Positions 19,895 to 30,992 of a DNA stretch of 64,000 nt are shown here, piece by piece (the stretch's first letter is position 1; the number at the start of each line of letters is the position of its first letter). A program made the position numbers and the translations under genes. Below the pieces are notes generated by a model. That model was not told where the DNA came from. It saw only the letters and a program-made list of their open reading frames with translations, and ran no database searches. This stretch comes from Alphaproteobacteria bacterium (lineage in GTDB: Bacteria > Pseudomonadota > Alphaproteobacteria > G965218375): positions 1,020,705 to 1,084,704 of the forward strand of contig OZ244618.1 of assembly GCA_965218375.1 (NCBI GenBank). The letters are read 5' to 3'.

Positions 19895-22093
19895 ATGTTT
19901 CGCTTTATCTCCCATATTCCTCTAAGAACTTTAATTCCAGCATTAATTGTATCCGTTTCTGTAGTTGCAACGGTCATAACAGCAGCGTCAAACTATATTG
20001 TCGCGAAAAACTCTAAAAATGAAGCGACACAGGCTAGGCTTATTGACTCGCTGGAGGAAAGAAAAAGTAAAATTAAATTTTACTTTCAAGAAATTAGAAA
20101 AGATCTGATAATTAATGCGAATAGCCCACAAGTTATTGAAATGACACATGCGTTCACCAAAACGTGGGGTGAGCTTCTAGGCGATAAGGAGAAATACCTT
20201 AAAAAAGCATACATCACTGACAATCCATTTCCAGTCGGTGAAAAAGAAAAACTTGATTTCGCAGAAGATAATTCCGCGTATTCTGATGCGCACAAACAAT
20301 ATCACCCTTTTATGCGCAACGTCCTTATTAAACGCGGATACTACGATATCTTTTTATTTGATACAAAAGGGAACTTAATCTACTCAGTCTTTAAAGAAGC
20401 AGATTATGCTACAAATTTCATTGATGGGGAATATGCTGATAGTGGACTTGGATCTGCTTTAAGAGCTAGCCTTGAAAAAGGATACGATGAAGTCTTTTTT
20501 TCGGACTATGCCCCTTACGCGCCAAGCAATAATCAACCTGCGAATTTCTTTTCTGCTCCGGTATTTGATGAAGAGAAAAAGAATGTTATAGGTGTCTTTG
20601 CCATCCAAATGCCAATAACAGAAATTGACAAAATTGTCACCAAAAGCACTGGATTGGGTGAAACTGGAGAAATATATCTGGTGGGTAGAGATTACTTAGT
20701 ACGTAACAACTCACGTTTTTCTGATGACAGCCAAATTTTAGTTAAAAAAATTAAATCCAATCTTATAGACGCAGCCTTTGAACGTAACTCTTACTTTGAA
20801 GTAAGCACAGATGACCAAGGACGTGAAATTCTTGCAACAGCTCTTCCCTTTACATTTGAAGGCGAGCTTTGGGCAATCACCAGCAGGATTACTACAAAAG
20901 AAGCCAATAAGTCTGTCAACAAACTACGAAACTATTCCATAATCTATATTCTCGTTATTAGTAGTTTTGCCGGGATCATTGGTAAAGTAATTGGAAGTAA
21001 TATTGCACGTCAACTTTCTGAAGCTGTGGACGTTATGGAGCACTTGGCAAAAGGTAATCTCAATGTCACAATTCCAGAAGCACATGGTCGAAATGCGATT
21101 TTTAGAATCTTAAAAGCTCTCAATAACTTCAAAGACAGCGCTTTGGAAGCACGGGATGCCGCAGAAGAACGTGAAACAGAGAATAACAAAAAAATACGCC
21201 ATGCGGAAAAGATTAATAATGCAATTAAACAATTCCGCACAAAATCTGACGCTGCCCTTAGTTTGGTCATGGATGAAGCACAATCCATGCGGGATGCCGC
21301 CAACACAATGTCTCAAGCGATTGAAGAAACCAATCAATTAACTAAAAACGTTGTTGATGCAGCAGAGCAAGCTTCAGAGAACGTAAATACAGTTGCTGGA
21401 GCTGCAGAAGAGTTATCTTCTTCAATTCTTGAAATAAGCTCTCAAGTGCAAAAATCTAATGAAGTGGCAAACGATGCTGTGGCTCAAACTAAAAAGAGCG
21501 ACCAGCTTGTTCAAGGGTTAGCAGAAAGTGCAGATCGGATTGGTGAAGTCGTCACATTAATTAATGATATTGCGACCCAAACCAACTTACTTGCCTTAAA
21601 CGCGACAATAGAAGCGGCACGGGCTGGTGATGCTGGTAAAGGATTTGCAGTTGTGGCGAACGAGGTAAAATACCTTGCAACCCAAACAGGGAAAGCCACG
21701 GATGAAATTAGTGATCAAATCATCAGTATTCAACGGGCGACCCGCGAAACTGTTGAAGCAATGCGCCAAATCACTGATGTCATTGCGGATATCAATAATA
21801 TTACAGTGACAATTACAGCTTCTGTTGAAGAACAAGGTGCTGCAACCCAAGAAATTGCACACACAACCCAACAAACAGCGGACGGCACATATCGGGTTAC
21901 TAAAAATATAAATGGTGTGAGCACATCTGTCTCGAAAAGCAGCGCTGAAACTAAAAATGTTATCTCAGCATCTGATGCCCTTCGCTTACAGGCTGAGAAC
22001 CTTAGAACTGAAATTGATGCTTTCATGTCGGCGATACAAGAGACATCTGAGGCATCGGCAGATCATACGGCGACTCCTCTTGATGAGGCTTAA
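19895..22093 (+). CDS. Methyl-accepting chemotaxis protein with periplasmic Cache-type sensor, HAMP and MCP signalling domain
   Basis: N-terminal TM, then a ~300-aa periplasmic domain with dCache-like motifs, a second TM, HAMP, and the conserved MCP core ([31 protein letters not shown]). The ATG at 19895 is preceded by GAGG; the ORF track begins at an upstream TTG at 19871. Confidence 0.85.
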   Translation: MFRFISHIPLRTLIPALIVSVSVVATVITAASNYIVAKNSKNEATQARLIDSLEERKSKIKFYFQEIRKDLIINANSPQVIEMTHAFTKTWGELLGDKEKYLKKAYITDNPFPVGEKEKLDFAEDNSAYSDAHKQYHPFMRNVLIKRGYYDIFLFDTKGNLIYSVFKEADYATNFIDGEYADSGLGSALRASLEKGYDEVFFSDYAPYAPSNNQPANFFSAPVFDEEKKNVIGVFAIQMPITEIDKIVTKSTGLGETGEIYLVGRDYLVRNNSRFSDDSQILVKKIKSNLIDAAFERNSYFEVSTDDQGREILATALPFTFEGELWAITSRITTKEANKSVNKLRNYSIIYILVISSFAGIIGKVIGSNIARQLSEAVDVMEHLAKGNLNVTIPEAHGRNAIFRILKALNNFKDSALEARDAAEERETENNKKIRHAEKINNAIKQFRTKSDAALSLVMDEAQSMRDAANTMSQAIEETNQLTKNVVDAAEQASENVNTVAGAAEELSSSILEISSQVQKSNEVANDAVAQTKKSDQLVQGLAESADRIGEVVTLINDIATQTNLLALNATIEAARAGDAGKGFAVVANEVKYLATQTGKATDEISDQIISIQRATRETVEAMRQITDVIADINNITVTITASVEEQGAATQEIAHTTQQTADGTYRVTKNINGVSTSVSKSSAETKNVISASDALRLQAENLRTEIDAFMSAIQETSEASADHTATPLDEA

Positions 22094-22170
22094 AAGTCAG
22101 TTATGTAGGTATGCGCCAAGATCTCAGTGAACAAGAGATAATTGAGTGATTTTGTATTATTGATGAGTAG

Positions 22171-22212
22171 TTTTTAGCGGGTTTTTACATTTATTTGTAT
22201 ACCCGCTAAAAA
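22171..22212 (+). terminator. Intrinsic terminator-like hairpin downstream of the MCP gene
   Basis: Perfect 12-bp inverted repeat tttttagcgggt / acccgctaaaaa around an 18-nt loop. The A5/T5 arms give U-tracts in both orientations. Confidence 0.5.
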
Positions 22213-22410
22213 TTATGGGATAATGTAGCTTTATAATCGCCTAATTTTATTTTAGGCTATGCTCCATAAATGACATTTACACTTTTTGCTGGCTCCAAAC
22301 TTATTATAGACTAATAACAAAAGTCTGATTTAAAATAAGGCTTTAGTGCACACATCTTCGCAGATGTAATGATATGTTAAAGTGGACAGCATCATTTAGA
22401 AACGATACAA

Positions 22411-23208
22411 ATGCCGATATTAATGTACATATTCCAAATACTTTCACGGGTGGGTCACCTCTTTTTGGGTATCTTCTCCACCACGGGTCGTATTGGTCTT
22501 TTTTCTCTACATGCATTATGGCATATCGCCTCTCCGCCTTTTTATGGAAGAAACTTCCTTAAACAATTGATTTTTATTGGGTATTATTCGCTTCCTGTCA
22601 TTGGAATGACCGCAATTTTTATAGGGAGCGCTCTGGCACTTCAAATTTATATTGGCAGCAGTCGTTTTTCAGCTGAGTCCACTGTTCCTGGTATTGTGGT
22701 TCTTGGTCTTACGCGCGAATTGGGCCCCGTTCTTGCAGGGTTAATGCTGGCAGGGCGCGCTGGTGTTGCCATGGCTGCAGAATTATCAAACATGCGGGTA
22801 ACCGAACAAATAGACGCCCTAATCACCTTGAATACCGATCCGATCAAGTACCTTGTAGCCCCTCGCATCCTTGCAAGTACGCTCGTGTTGCCACTTTTAG
22901 TCATTGTGACGGATGTTCTTGGTGTCTTCGGCGGATACATCATTAGCGTGTATAGCCTAGACTTTAACTCAAGCGCGTATTTAAATAATACATATAACTT
23001 TATGGAAACCCAAGATATTGTCTCTGGACTGGTCAAGGCGGCGGTTTTTGGATTTCTCATTGCGCTCTTAGGGTGTTACCATGGCTATAATAGCTCTTCT
23101 GACCCTGCCATTAGTGTAAGAAGAGCGACCACACACACAATGGTTGCATCATCAATGATTATTCTGATAACAAACTACATTATTACTCAGATATTCTTTT
23201 CAACCTAG
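22411..23208 (+). CDS. mlaE: Mla/Ttg2-type ABC transporter permease
   Basis: 265 aa with an MlaE-like N-terminus and five TM helices. Paired with the downstream ATPase. Confidence 0.8.
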   Translation: MPILMYIFQILSRVGHLFLGIFSTTGRIGLFSLHALWHIASPPFYGRNFLKQLIFIGYYSLPVIGMTAIFIGSALALQIYIGSSRFSAESTVPGIVVLGLTRELGPVLAGLMLAGRAGVAMAAELSNMRVTEQIDALITLNTDPIKYLVAPRILASTLVLPLLVIVTDVLGVFGGYIISVYSLDFNSSAYLNNTYNFMETQDIVSGLVKAAVFGFLIALLGCYHGYNSSSDPAISVRRATTHTMVASSMIILITNYIITQIFFST

Positions 23209-23254
23209 CGTATCTTGGGAGGCTCAAATAAACCAACAGAATGTAAGACTTGAA

Positions 23255-24001
23255 GTGACGAACCTATGCAAGTCTTTTGAACAAAATATGATACTTAAAG
23301 ACGTGTCATTTCGGATTATGCAAGGTGAGAGTGTCGCAATTATTGGACGGTCTGGCACTGGGAAATCTGTGTTGCTTAAATGTATTTTGGGTTTAACATC
23401 GCAAGACAGTGGCACCATAAAAATTAACGGTCATAATGTCTCAAAATCGAGAAAAAAAGTCCTGCCAAATATTGGTGTCCTCTTCCAAAACTCAGCACTT
23501 TTGAGTGAGCTTCCTGTGTGGGAAAACATTGCCTTTTCGTTGATTCACCAAGATAAAGTCTCGCGACGTGACGCGCAAGAGACGGCGGAAACCCTATTAC
23601 CCCACGTCGGACTTCCAACGAACGTGAGCACCCAAATGCCCGCAAGGCTTTCTGTGGGTATGCAAAAGCGTGTGGGCTTAGCGCGGGCAATTATCAATAA
23701 ACCTGATTTTCTCTTTTTCGATGAACCAACATCTGGACTTGACCCAATCTCGGCCAACCTGATTAACAACCTGATTCGGGATCAAGTAAACCAACTTGGT
23801 GCAACGTCAATCACCATAACCCATGATATGAATAACATTCATAAAATCACGAATCGCATTATCATGCTCCATGAAGGGAGTATCATCTGGTCAGGATTAA
23901 CGTCAGAACTCCACAACACAGATAACCCATACGTACAAAAATTTATAACCGCTCATAATGATGACAACAGCTATGGGTTTCAGGGAAAAGAGAGCACCTA
24001 G
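23255..24001 (+). CDS. mlaF: Mla-type ABC transporter ATP-binding protein
   Basis: 248 aa with Walker A GRSGTGKS, signature LSVGMQKRV and Walker B LFFDEPTSGLD. Confidence 0.85.
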   Translation: MTNLCKSFEQNMILKDVSFRIMQGESVAIIGRSGTGKSVLLKCILGLTSQDSGTIKINGHNVSKSRKKVLPNIGVLFQNSALLSELPVWENIAFSLIHQDKVSRRDAQETAETLLPHVGLPTNVSTQMPARLSVGMQKRVGLARAIINKPDFLFFDEPTSGLDPISANLINNLIRDQVNQLGATSITITHDMNNIHKITNRIIMLHEGSIIWSGLTSELHNTDNPYVQKFITAHNDDNSYGFQGKEST

Positions 24002-25392
24002 TGGTACGTATTACGAAAACTTTTATTTGCCAATCTTGTGGTGCTGTCACAACGCGCTGGTTAGGTCAATGCTCCAGTTGTCACGAATGGAACAGCATTG
24101 AAGAATCCCAAAACACCTACCCTAACACCCCGAAAGGCCTCGGGCGAAAAAATGGCACGGTACTGGTTATGGAAAGCCTCTCGTCAAAGCTGGTCATGCC
24201 GCCACGTATCAAAAGTAATATTCAAGAATTTGATCGCGTTCTTGGGGGAGGCGTGGTGCCAGGCTCGTCAATCCTCATTGGGGGGGATCCAGGAATTGGT
24301 AAGTCAACACTCCTCTTACAACTCGTCACAACGCTCTCCGAATCAGGGCGGAATTGTGTTTATATTTCAGGGGAAGAGTCAACGAACCAGGTGCGACTTC
24401 GCGCTCAGAGACTTGCCCTTACCCATGCGCCCGTCCATCTGCTCAGCGCCACGTCAATACGCGACATTACCTCTACTATTCAGCAACAAATACAAGAAAA
24501 TAAAGTCCCCGCCCTTGTGATTATTGACTCGATTCAAACCATGTTCATAGACACCATAGAGTCAACACCTGGAACCGTCAGCCAAGTCCGCACCTGTGCC
24601 CAAGAACTCACCAGTTTTGCCAAACTCCATGGTATAGCCATTATTCTGGTTGGTCATGTCACCAAGGATGGACAAATTGCTGGCCCGCGGGTTTTAGAGC
24701 ATATGGTTGACGCGTTACTCTATTTTGAGGGAGATCGAGGGAATCAATTTCGTATTTTAAGATCAGTAAAAAACCGTTTTGGAGCTTCTAATGAAATTGG
24801 GGTTTTTGAAATGAATCATTCTGGGCTGGCTGAAGTGACAAATCCATCGGCTCTGTTCTTAGGAACACGGGATAGCACCATCAGTGGCACAGCGGTTTTT
24901 GCAGGAATGGAAGGCTCCCGCCCTGTTCTGGTTGAAATTGAGGCTCTGATTGCACCGTCAACCATGGCGAACCCTCGGCGCGCTATTGTTGGGTGGGACG
25001 CGTCACGGCTTGCCATGATTATCGCCGTGCTTGAGACCAGGTGCCGTATCTCTGTCAGCGGCATGGAAGTATATTTAAATGTCGCAGGGGGATTGCGAAT
25101 TCAAGAACCAGCAGCGGACCTAGCCGTAGCAGCCGCCCTTATCTCTTCCCTTACAGATACCCCCCTGCCAAAGAATACGATTTTATTTGGAGAAATTGCC
25201 CTTAGCGGTGAAATCAGACCCACAGGACACGCAGACTCTCGATTAAGGGAAGCGCAAAAACTGGGCTTCACCTCCGCCCTACTCCCGAAGGCCTCACAGG
25301 TGGAAAATACCCACCTGAGCCTCAAAAGACTGACCACACTCTCAAATTTAATAAAATTTTTTGAAGAATTATCCCCTGAACCTATTTTTTAA
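24001..25392 (+). CDS. radA: DNA repair protein RadA (Sms)
   Basis: 463 aa with an N-terminal C4 zinc finger (CQSCGAVTTRWLGQCSSCHEW), RecA-like Walker A GDPGIGKST, KNRFG motif and a Lon-like C-terminal domain. Its GTG start overlaps the mlaF stop by 1 nt. Confidence 0.9.
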   Translation: MVRITKTFICQSCGAVTTRWLGQCSSCHEWNSIEESQNTYPNTPKGLGRKNGTVLVMESLSSKLVMPPRIKSNIQEFDRVLGGGVVPGSSILIGGDPGIGKSTLLLQLVTTLSESGRNCVYISGEESTNQVRLRAQRLALTHAPVHLLSATSIRDITSTIQQQIQENKVPALVIIDSIQTMFIDTIESTPGTVSQVRTCAQELTSFAKLHGIAIILVGHVTKDGQIAGPRVLEHMVDALLYFEGDRGNQFRILRSVKNRFGASNEIGVFEMNHSGLAEVTNPSALFLGTRDSTISGTAVFAGMEGSRPVLVEIEALIAPSTMANPRRAIVGWDASRLAMIIAVLETRCRISVSGMEVYLNVAGGLRIQEPAADLAVAAALISSLTDTPLPKNTILFGEIALSGEIRPTGHADSRLREAQKLGFTSALLPKASQVENTHLSLKRLTTLSNLIKFFEELSPEPIF

Positions 25393-25422
25393 TACAATCA
25401 ATATTGTATATTTAACATAATT

Positions 25423-26013
25423 ATGAATGAGTTTTTATTACAAATTAATTGGGTCGACGCTGGTATAGTCCTTATTTTAATAACATCAGGACTATTTGCT
25501 TATTTTCGTGGGTTTATACAAGAAGTATTTTCTCTTGGTAGCTGGTTACTTGCCATCTACCTCTCCATTACTCAATTCGAAAAGCTTTTACCTTACGTTC
25601 TCAACTACGTGACCACACCAATTCTTGCTTCCATAATTACTGGAACCACGATATTTATTTTAACATTAACCTTGTCTTATTTGATCGGCAGCTGGATTAT
25701 CACCAAAGTTTTTAAAGATAATCAAAGCCAACTGAATCAGCTTCTTGGTTTCTTTTATGGGGTATTCCGCGGTGGCTTTTTAATTTCCGCTTTATACCTG
25801 ATTTTTTACCAATACTTAGAAGACACGCCCATGCCAGAAATGGTGCAAAAGGCACGCCTGATCGCACCAACCAGTGAGCTGGCCATTTCTCTTGCTCAAG
25901 TTGTAAATGAAATTGCCCCTTCTCATATTAGTATCCCCATACCTCCCCAAATAAAAGATATGGTGATGCCTGAGATCACAGCGGAGCCTCCCCCTCAAGA
26001 ATCATCCTCCTAA
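25423..26013 (+). CDS. cvpA: CvpA-family membrane protein (colicin V production protein homologue)
   Basis: 196 aa. CvpA-like N-terminus (INWVDAGIVLILITSGLFAYFRGFIQEVFSL) and four TM helices. Confidence 0.75.
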   Translation: MNEFLLQINWVDAGIVLILITSGLFAYFRGFIQEVFSLGSWLLAIYLSITQFEKLLPYVLNYVTTPILASIITGTTIFILTLTLSYLIGSWIITKVFKDNQSQLNQLLGFFYGVFRGGFLISALYLIFYQYLEDTPMPEMVQKARLIAPTSELAISLAQVVNEIAPSHISIPIPPQIKDMVMPEITAEPPPQESSS

Positions 26014-26094
26014 GCACATAATATAAATTTACGCACAACTCTCTCTCTAAACCCAGACACCACGTTCACTGCCCACTCCTTCTAAGGTTATATT

Positions 26095-26823
26095 ATGAAC
26101 AACTCAGAAACTCATTTGCTTTTAAACGACCAAATTATCCTCATTTCTGGCGCTGGTGGTGATATTGGCGCTTCTGTTGCGATAGCCCTTGCCGCCCACG
26201 GAGCACGCCTGATCCTTGTGGATAAAGAGAAAAATAAACTGGAAGAAATATCAGATAAAATCAGCGCTACCGGTAAAACTCCAGCTCTCAGCGACCTTAA
26301 TTTGATTAATTTTGAAAAAGTAGCAGGGGCTGGAATGGCTCTTTTAGAGCGTTTCGGCCGTCTTGATGGGGTCATTGCCTGTCACGGTATCCGCGCCACC
26401 CCCACACCCCTCGGACATATTGCAAAAAAAGAATGGGAAACAGTATTTAACAACAATGTCACCGCCATGTGGCAACTCATACAAATGACCCAACCTTTGC
26501 TTAAAAAAACGTCTCTGCCACCAGCGCGCTTCATTGGCCTGACCTGTGCTGCGGCCCACGAAACCACCGCTATGAACGCCTCATATAATGTCGCCAAAGC
26601 TGCCAACGAAGCGCTGCTGAAGACTTTCCAGAACGAGCAAAAAAATAAATCTATTCATGTTATACTTGCTGACCCAGGTGAGCTGCTGACGCGCACACGA
26701 CGTATGAGCTTTCCAAGTCAAAAAACAGGAGATGCCCCTAAGGCCCACGAAATAGCCAGTCACTTTGTGGATCTTATGGCCGCTGATGCTGCAACACTGC
26801 CCTTAAGGGCTACCCTCTCATGA
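26095..26823 (+). CDS. SDR-family oxidoreductase
   Basis: 242 aa with a Rossmann motif (ISGAGGDIGASVA) and YxxxK (YNVAKAA). Confidence 0.7.
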   Translation: MNNSETHLLLNDQIILISGAGGDIGASVAIALAAHGARLILVDKEKNKLEEISDKISATGKTPALSDLNLINFEKVAGAGMALLERFGRLDGVIACHGIRATPTPLGHIAKKEWETVFNNNVTAMWQLIQMTQPLLKKTSLPPARFIGLTCAAAHETTAMNASYNVAKAANEALLKTFQNEQKNKSIHVILADPGELLTRTRRMSFPSQKTGDAPKAHEIASHFVDLMAADAATLPLRATLS

Positions 26824-26991
26824 GGGGCACATAACATAACCGCAGCAAACCACAACAACTTGATGAATACATAACCAACGAGTAGAATAAATTAGGGAAT
26901 TACCATAAAAAAACGATCTTAGTTAATGAGCTAAACTTTAGTAAAATTGAAATATACATATTGTACATTGAATTAATGGGGAGAATGTTAC

Positions 26992-28950
26992 ATGAAAGAT
27001 AAAGTAGAGTTTCCTGTCACACAAGAATCTGTGGCAATCACGCATTGCACCAAAGAGCAATATATGGACTTATATCAGGAGTCCATTCAAAGCTCTGAAA
27101 AGTTCTGGGCATCACAAATCGATAAAATTGACTGGATTAAAGCCCCAACACGCATCAAGAACACATCTTTTGGAGATGGTATTGATCCAGAAAAAACATG
27201 GATTAAGTGGTTTGAGGATGGGCAACTGAACTTCTCATACAATTGTATTGACCGCCACCTGAAGGACAAAGGCGAGCAAGTCGCCCTTATATGGGAAGGC
27301 AATGAAGTCTCAGAATCAAAACATATTTCCTATAACGAGCTACATACAGAAACCTGCAAATTTGCCAATACCCTTAAAGCCCATAACATAAAAAAAGGTG
27401 ATCGTGTCATTTTATACCTATCCATGATCCCAGAGGCGATATTTGCAATGCTCGCCTGCACGCGTATTGGTGCGGTTCACTCTATTGTCTTTGGCGGTTT
27501 TTCGCCTAATGCCCTTGCCAACCGTATAACCGATTGTGGCGCAAAGTGCATCATTACAGTTGATGAAGGCTACCGAGGCCTCCAAAAGACGTCCATGAAA
27601 GAGAATATCAATAAGGCGCTTGAGATAATTGGCGAACCCAGCACGTGTGATCACGTCATCATGATCACACGCACTGGTGCGCCAGTAAAAATGGTACCTG
27701 ATCGAGACGTCTTGTATTCAGAAGCGGTCAAGCATGTGGATGCAGACTGTCCCATTGAGCCAATGAATGCGGAGGACCCGCTGTTTATTCTTTATACATC
27801 TGGCTCCACAGGACAACCTAAGGGCATTCTTCATACCACCGCGGGATACCTTCTATACGCCTCAATGACATTCAAATATATTTTTGATTATCAAGAGAAT
27901 GAAACCTTCTGGTGTACGGCGGATATTGGGTGGATTACAGGACACTCCTATACAATTTATGGACCTCTTGCAAATGGAGCGAAAACCCTTATCTTTGAAG
28001 GTGTTCCCCACTATCCTGACCCCAGCAGATTTTGGCAAGTCATTGACAAACACCAAGTTAATATTTTTTATACAGCCCCAACGGCAATCCGCATGCTCAT
28101 GCGCGATGGTGATGGTCACCTAGAGAGCACCAGTCGCAAATCCCTGCGTGTGCTCGGTTCTGTAGGGGAGCCCATCAACCCAGAAGCATGGATGTGGTTC
28201 TACAACGTGGTGGGCAAGAAGCGCTGCCAAATTGTTGATACCTGGTGGCAAACAGAAACCGGAGGTATTCTTATCTCTCCTCTCCCAGGTGCGACACGGC
28301 TCAAGCCCGGCGCAGCCACAAATCCTTTCTTTGGCATTAATCCTCAGATTTTCGATGCGGATGATAACCCAGCGACCCAAGGACACTTGTGTATACTTGA
28401 CAGCTGGCCCGGACAAGCACGCACCATCTACAACGACCATAAAAAGTTTGTAGATACATACTTTCAATTACACCCTGGGAAATATTTCACAGGTGATAAT
28501 GCGCAAATAGATGAAGATGGTGACTATTGGATTACTGGGCGCGTTGACGATATTCTCAACATTGCAGGTCACCGTATTGGCACAGCAGAAATTGAGTCCG
28601 CTCTGGTATCACATCCGAAAATCAGCGAAGCTGCAGTCGTCAGTTACAGCCATGACATCAAAGGGCAAGGAATTTATGTATATGCCACCCCCTTAACCGG
28701 CGTGACCTGTGACGACACCCTTAGGGCTGAGGTTATAACCCATGTCCGTGCAGAAATCGGCCCCATTGCCACACCAGATACTCTCCAATGGGCACATAAT
28801 TTGCCCAAGACCCGTTCTGGTAAGATTATGCGCCGTATTCTCCGAAAAATTGCAAATAATGACTTTGAAAACCTGGGAGATGTTAGCACGCTTTCCAACC
28901 CCACAAGCATCGAAGAACTCATTGAAGGGCACAAAGCTCTTTCTGCATAA
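26992..28950 (+). CDS. acs: Acetyl-CoA synthetase (AMP-forming)
   Basis: 652 aa with the AMP-binding motif [19 protein letters not shown], and a C-terminal [10 protein letters not shown] with the acetylatable lysine. Confidence 0.9.
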   Translation: MKDKVEFPVTQESVAITHCTKEQYMDLYQESIQSSEKFWASQIDKIDWIKAPTRIKNTSFGDGIDPEKTWIKWFEDGQLNFSYNCIDRHLKDKGEQVALIWEGNEVSESKHISYNELHTETCKFANTLKAHNIKKGDRVILYLSMIPEAIFAMLACTRIGAVHSIVFGGFSPNALANRITDCGAKCIITVDEGYRGLQKTSMKENINKALEIIGEPSTCDHVIMITRTGAPVKMVPDRDVLYSEAVKHVDADCPIEPMNAEDPLFILYTSGSTGQPKGILHTTAGYLLYASMTFKYIFDYQENETFWCTADIGWITGHSYTIYGPLANGAKTLIFEGVPHYPDPSRFWQVIDKHQVNIFYTAPTAIRMLMRDGDGHLESTSRKSLRVLGSVGEPINPEAWMWFYNVVGKKRCQIVDTWWQTETGGILISPLPGATRLKPGAATNPFFGINPQIFDADDNPATQGHLCILDSWPGQARTIYNDHKKFVDTYFQLHPGKYFTGDNAQIDEDGDYWITGRVDDILNIAGHRIGTAEIESALVSHPKISEAAVVSYSHDIKGQGIYVYATPLTGVTCDDTLRAEVITHVRAEIGPIATPDTLQWAHNLPKTRSGKIMRRILRKIANNDFENLGDVSTLSNPTSIEELIEGHKALSA

Positions 28951-28981
28951 CTCTAAACTGCGGACGACAACGCCCTTATAG

Positions 28982-29007
28982 AGGGGGGAGGATACTTCCT
29001 CCCCCCT
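28982..29007. terminator. Bidirectional intrinsic terminator between convergent acs and yggT
   Basis: aggggggagga-tact-tcctcccccct is a perfect 11-bp G/C-rich stem. A and T tracts flank it on both sides. Confidence 0.7.
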
Positions 29008-29013
29008 TATACC

Positions 29014-29316
29014 TTATATACCCATTTCTGCAACAGCGGGATATACGTAAAGAATGATAACGCGCTCTAAAAAGAAAATAAATAAAAGCAAGACGATTGG
29101 GGAAACATCAACCCCTCCAAGATTAGGCAAAAACCTCCGGATAGGACGTAATACCGGCTCTGTTATCCGATAAAAGAAATCTAAAATTAAAACCACTAGC
29201 CGACTGCGACTGTTTAATATATTAAACGCGACCAACCAACTTAAAATAGCGGAAATAATAATCAACCAAGTATACAAGCGAAATATAACTAGAATAACTT
29301 CTATCAGCGCTAGCAT
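29014..29316 (-). CDS. yggT: YggT-family membrane protein
   Basis: 100 aa with two TM helices. YggT/Ycf19-like pattern. Confidence 0.65.
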   Translation of the reverse strand: MLALIEVILVIFRLYTWLIIISAILSWLVAFNILNSRSRLVVLILDFFYRITEPVLRPIRRFLPNLGGVDVSPIVLLLFIFFLERVIILYVYPAVAEMGI

Positions 29317-29427
29317 TTAACCTCCACATAAGTCTTTTAAAGTATACTGAACTTAACTTACGCACCAATCACAAGACAACGAGTGCGTATCCTCATTTAA
29401 TATCAATAAATTATAACGTCTACCATA

Positions 29428-30651
<1,224 letters not shown>

Positions 30652-30992
30652 TTATAAAAAATTTAAAATTAACCGTATCTTAGATCTAATTGTCAAAGTA
30701 AATGCTCATCTTAAAAAAACTTACACAAAAGCATTTTAAAAATTCCAGAACCTTGTACAACACTATATAATAATTCAAAAATAAAACAGTCAATACTATA
30801 TATAATTATGGCTAACTTTTATTAAAAAACTAGATAATATTTTACAGACTGACTCTTAACCTTACCATGTGATAAATCCCTATAAAACTGTTCATACTTC
30901 CATAGGACTTATTAGAATGAGCGTTTTACCAATCAAGCACACTATGGTAAAGTACAAAAATTAAAAATTCTACTTATAAAGTTCTAAAGTTT

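Noticed and set aside
22374-22562. 62-aa ORF overlapping the mlaE start in another frame
   Set aside because: The mlaE frame has a clear homology-type N-terminus; this alternative frame is a by-product.
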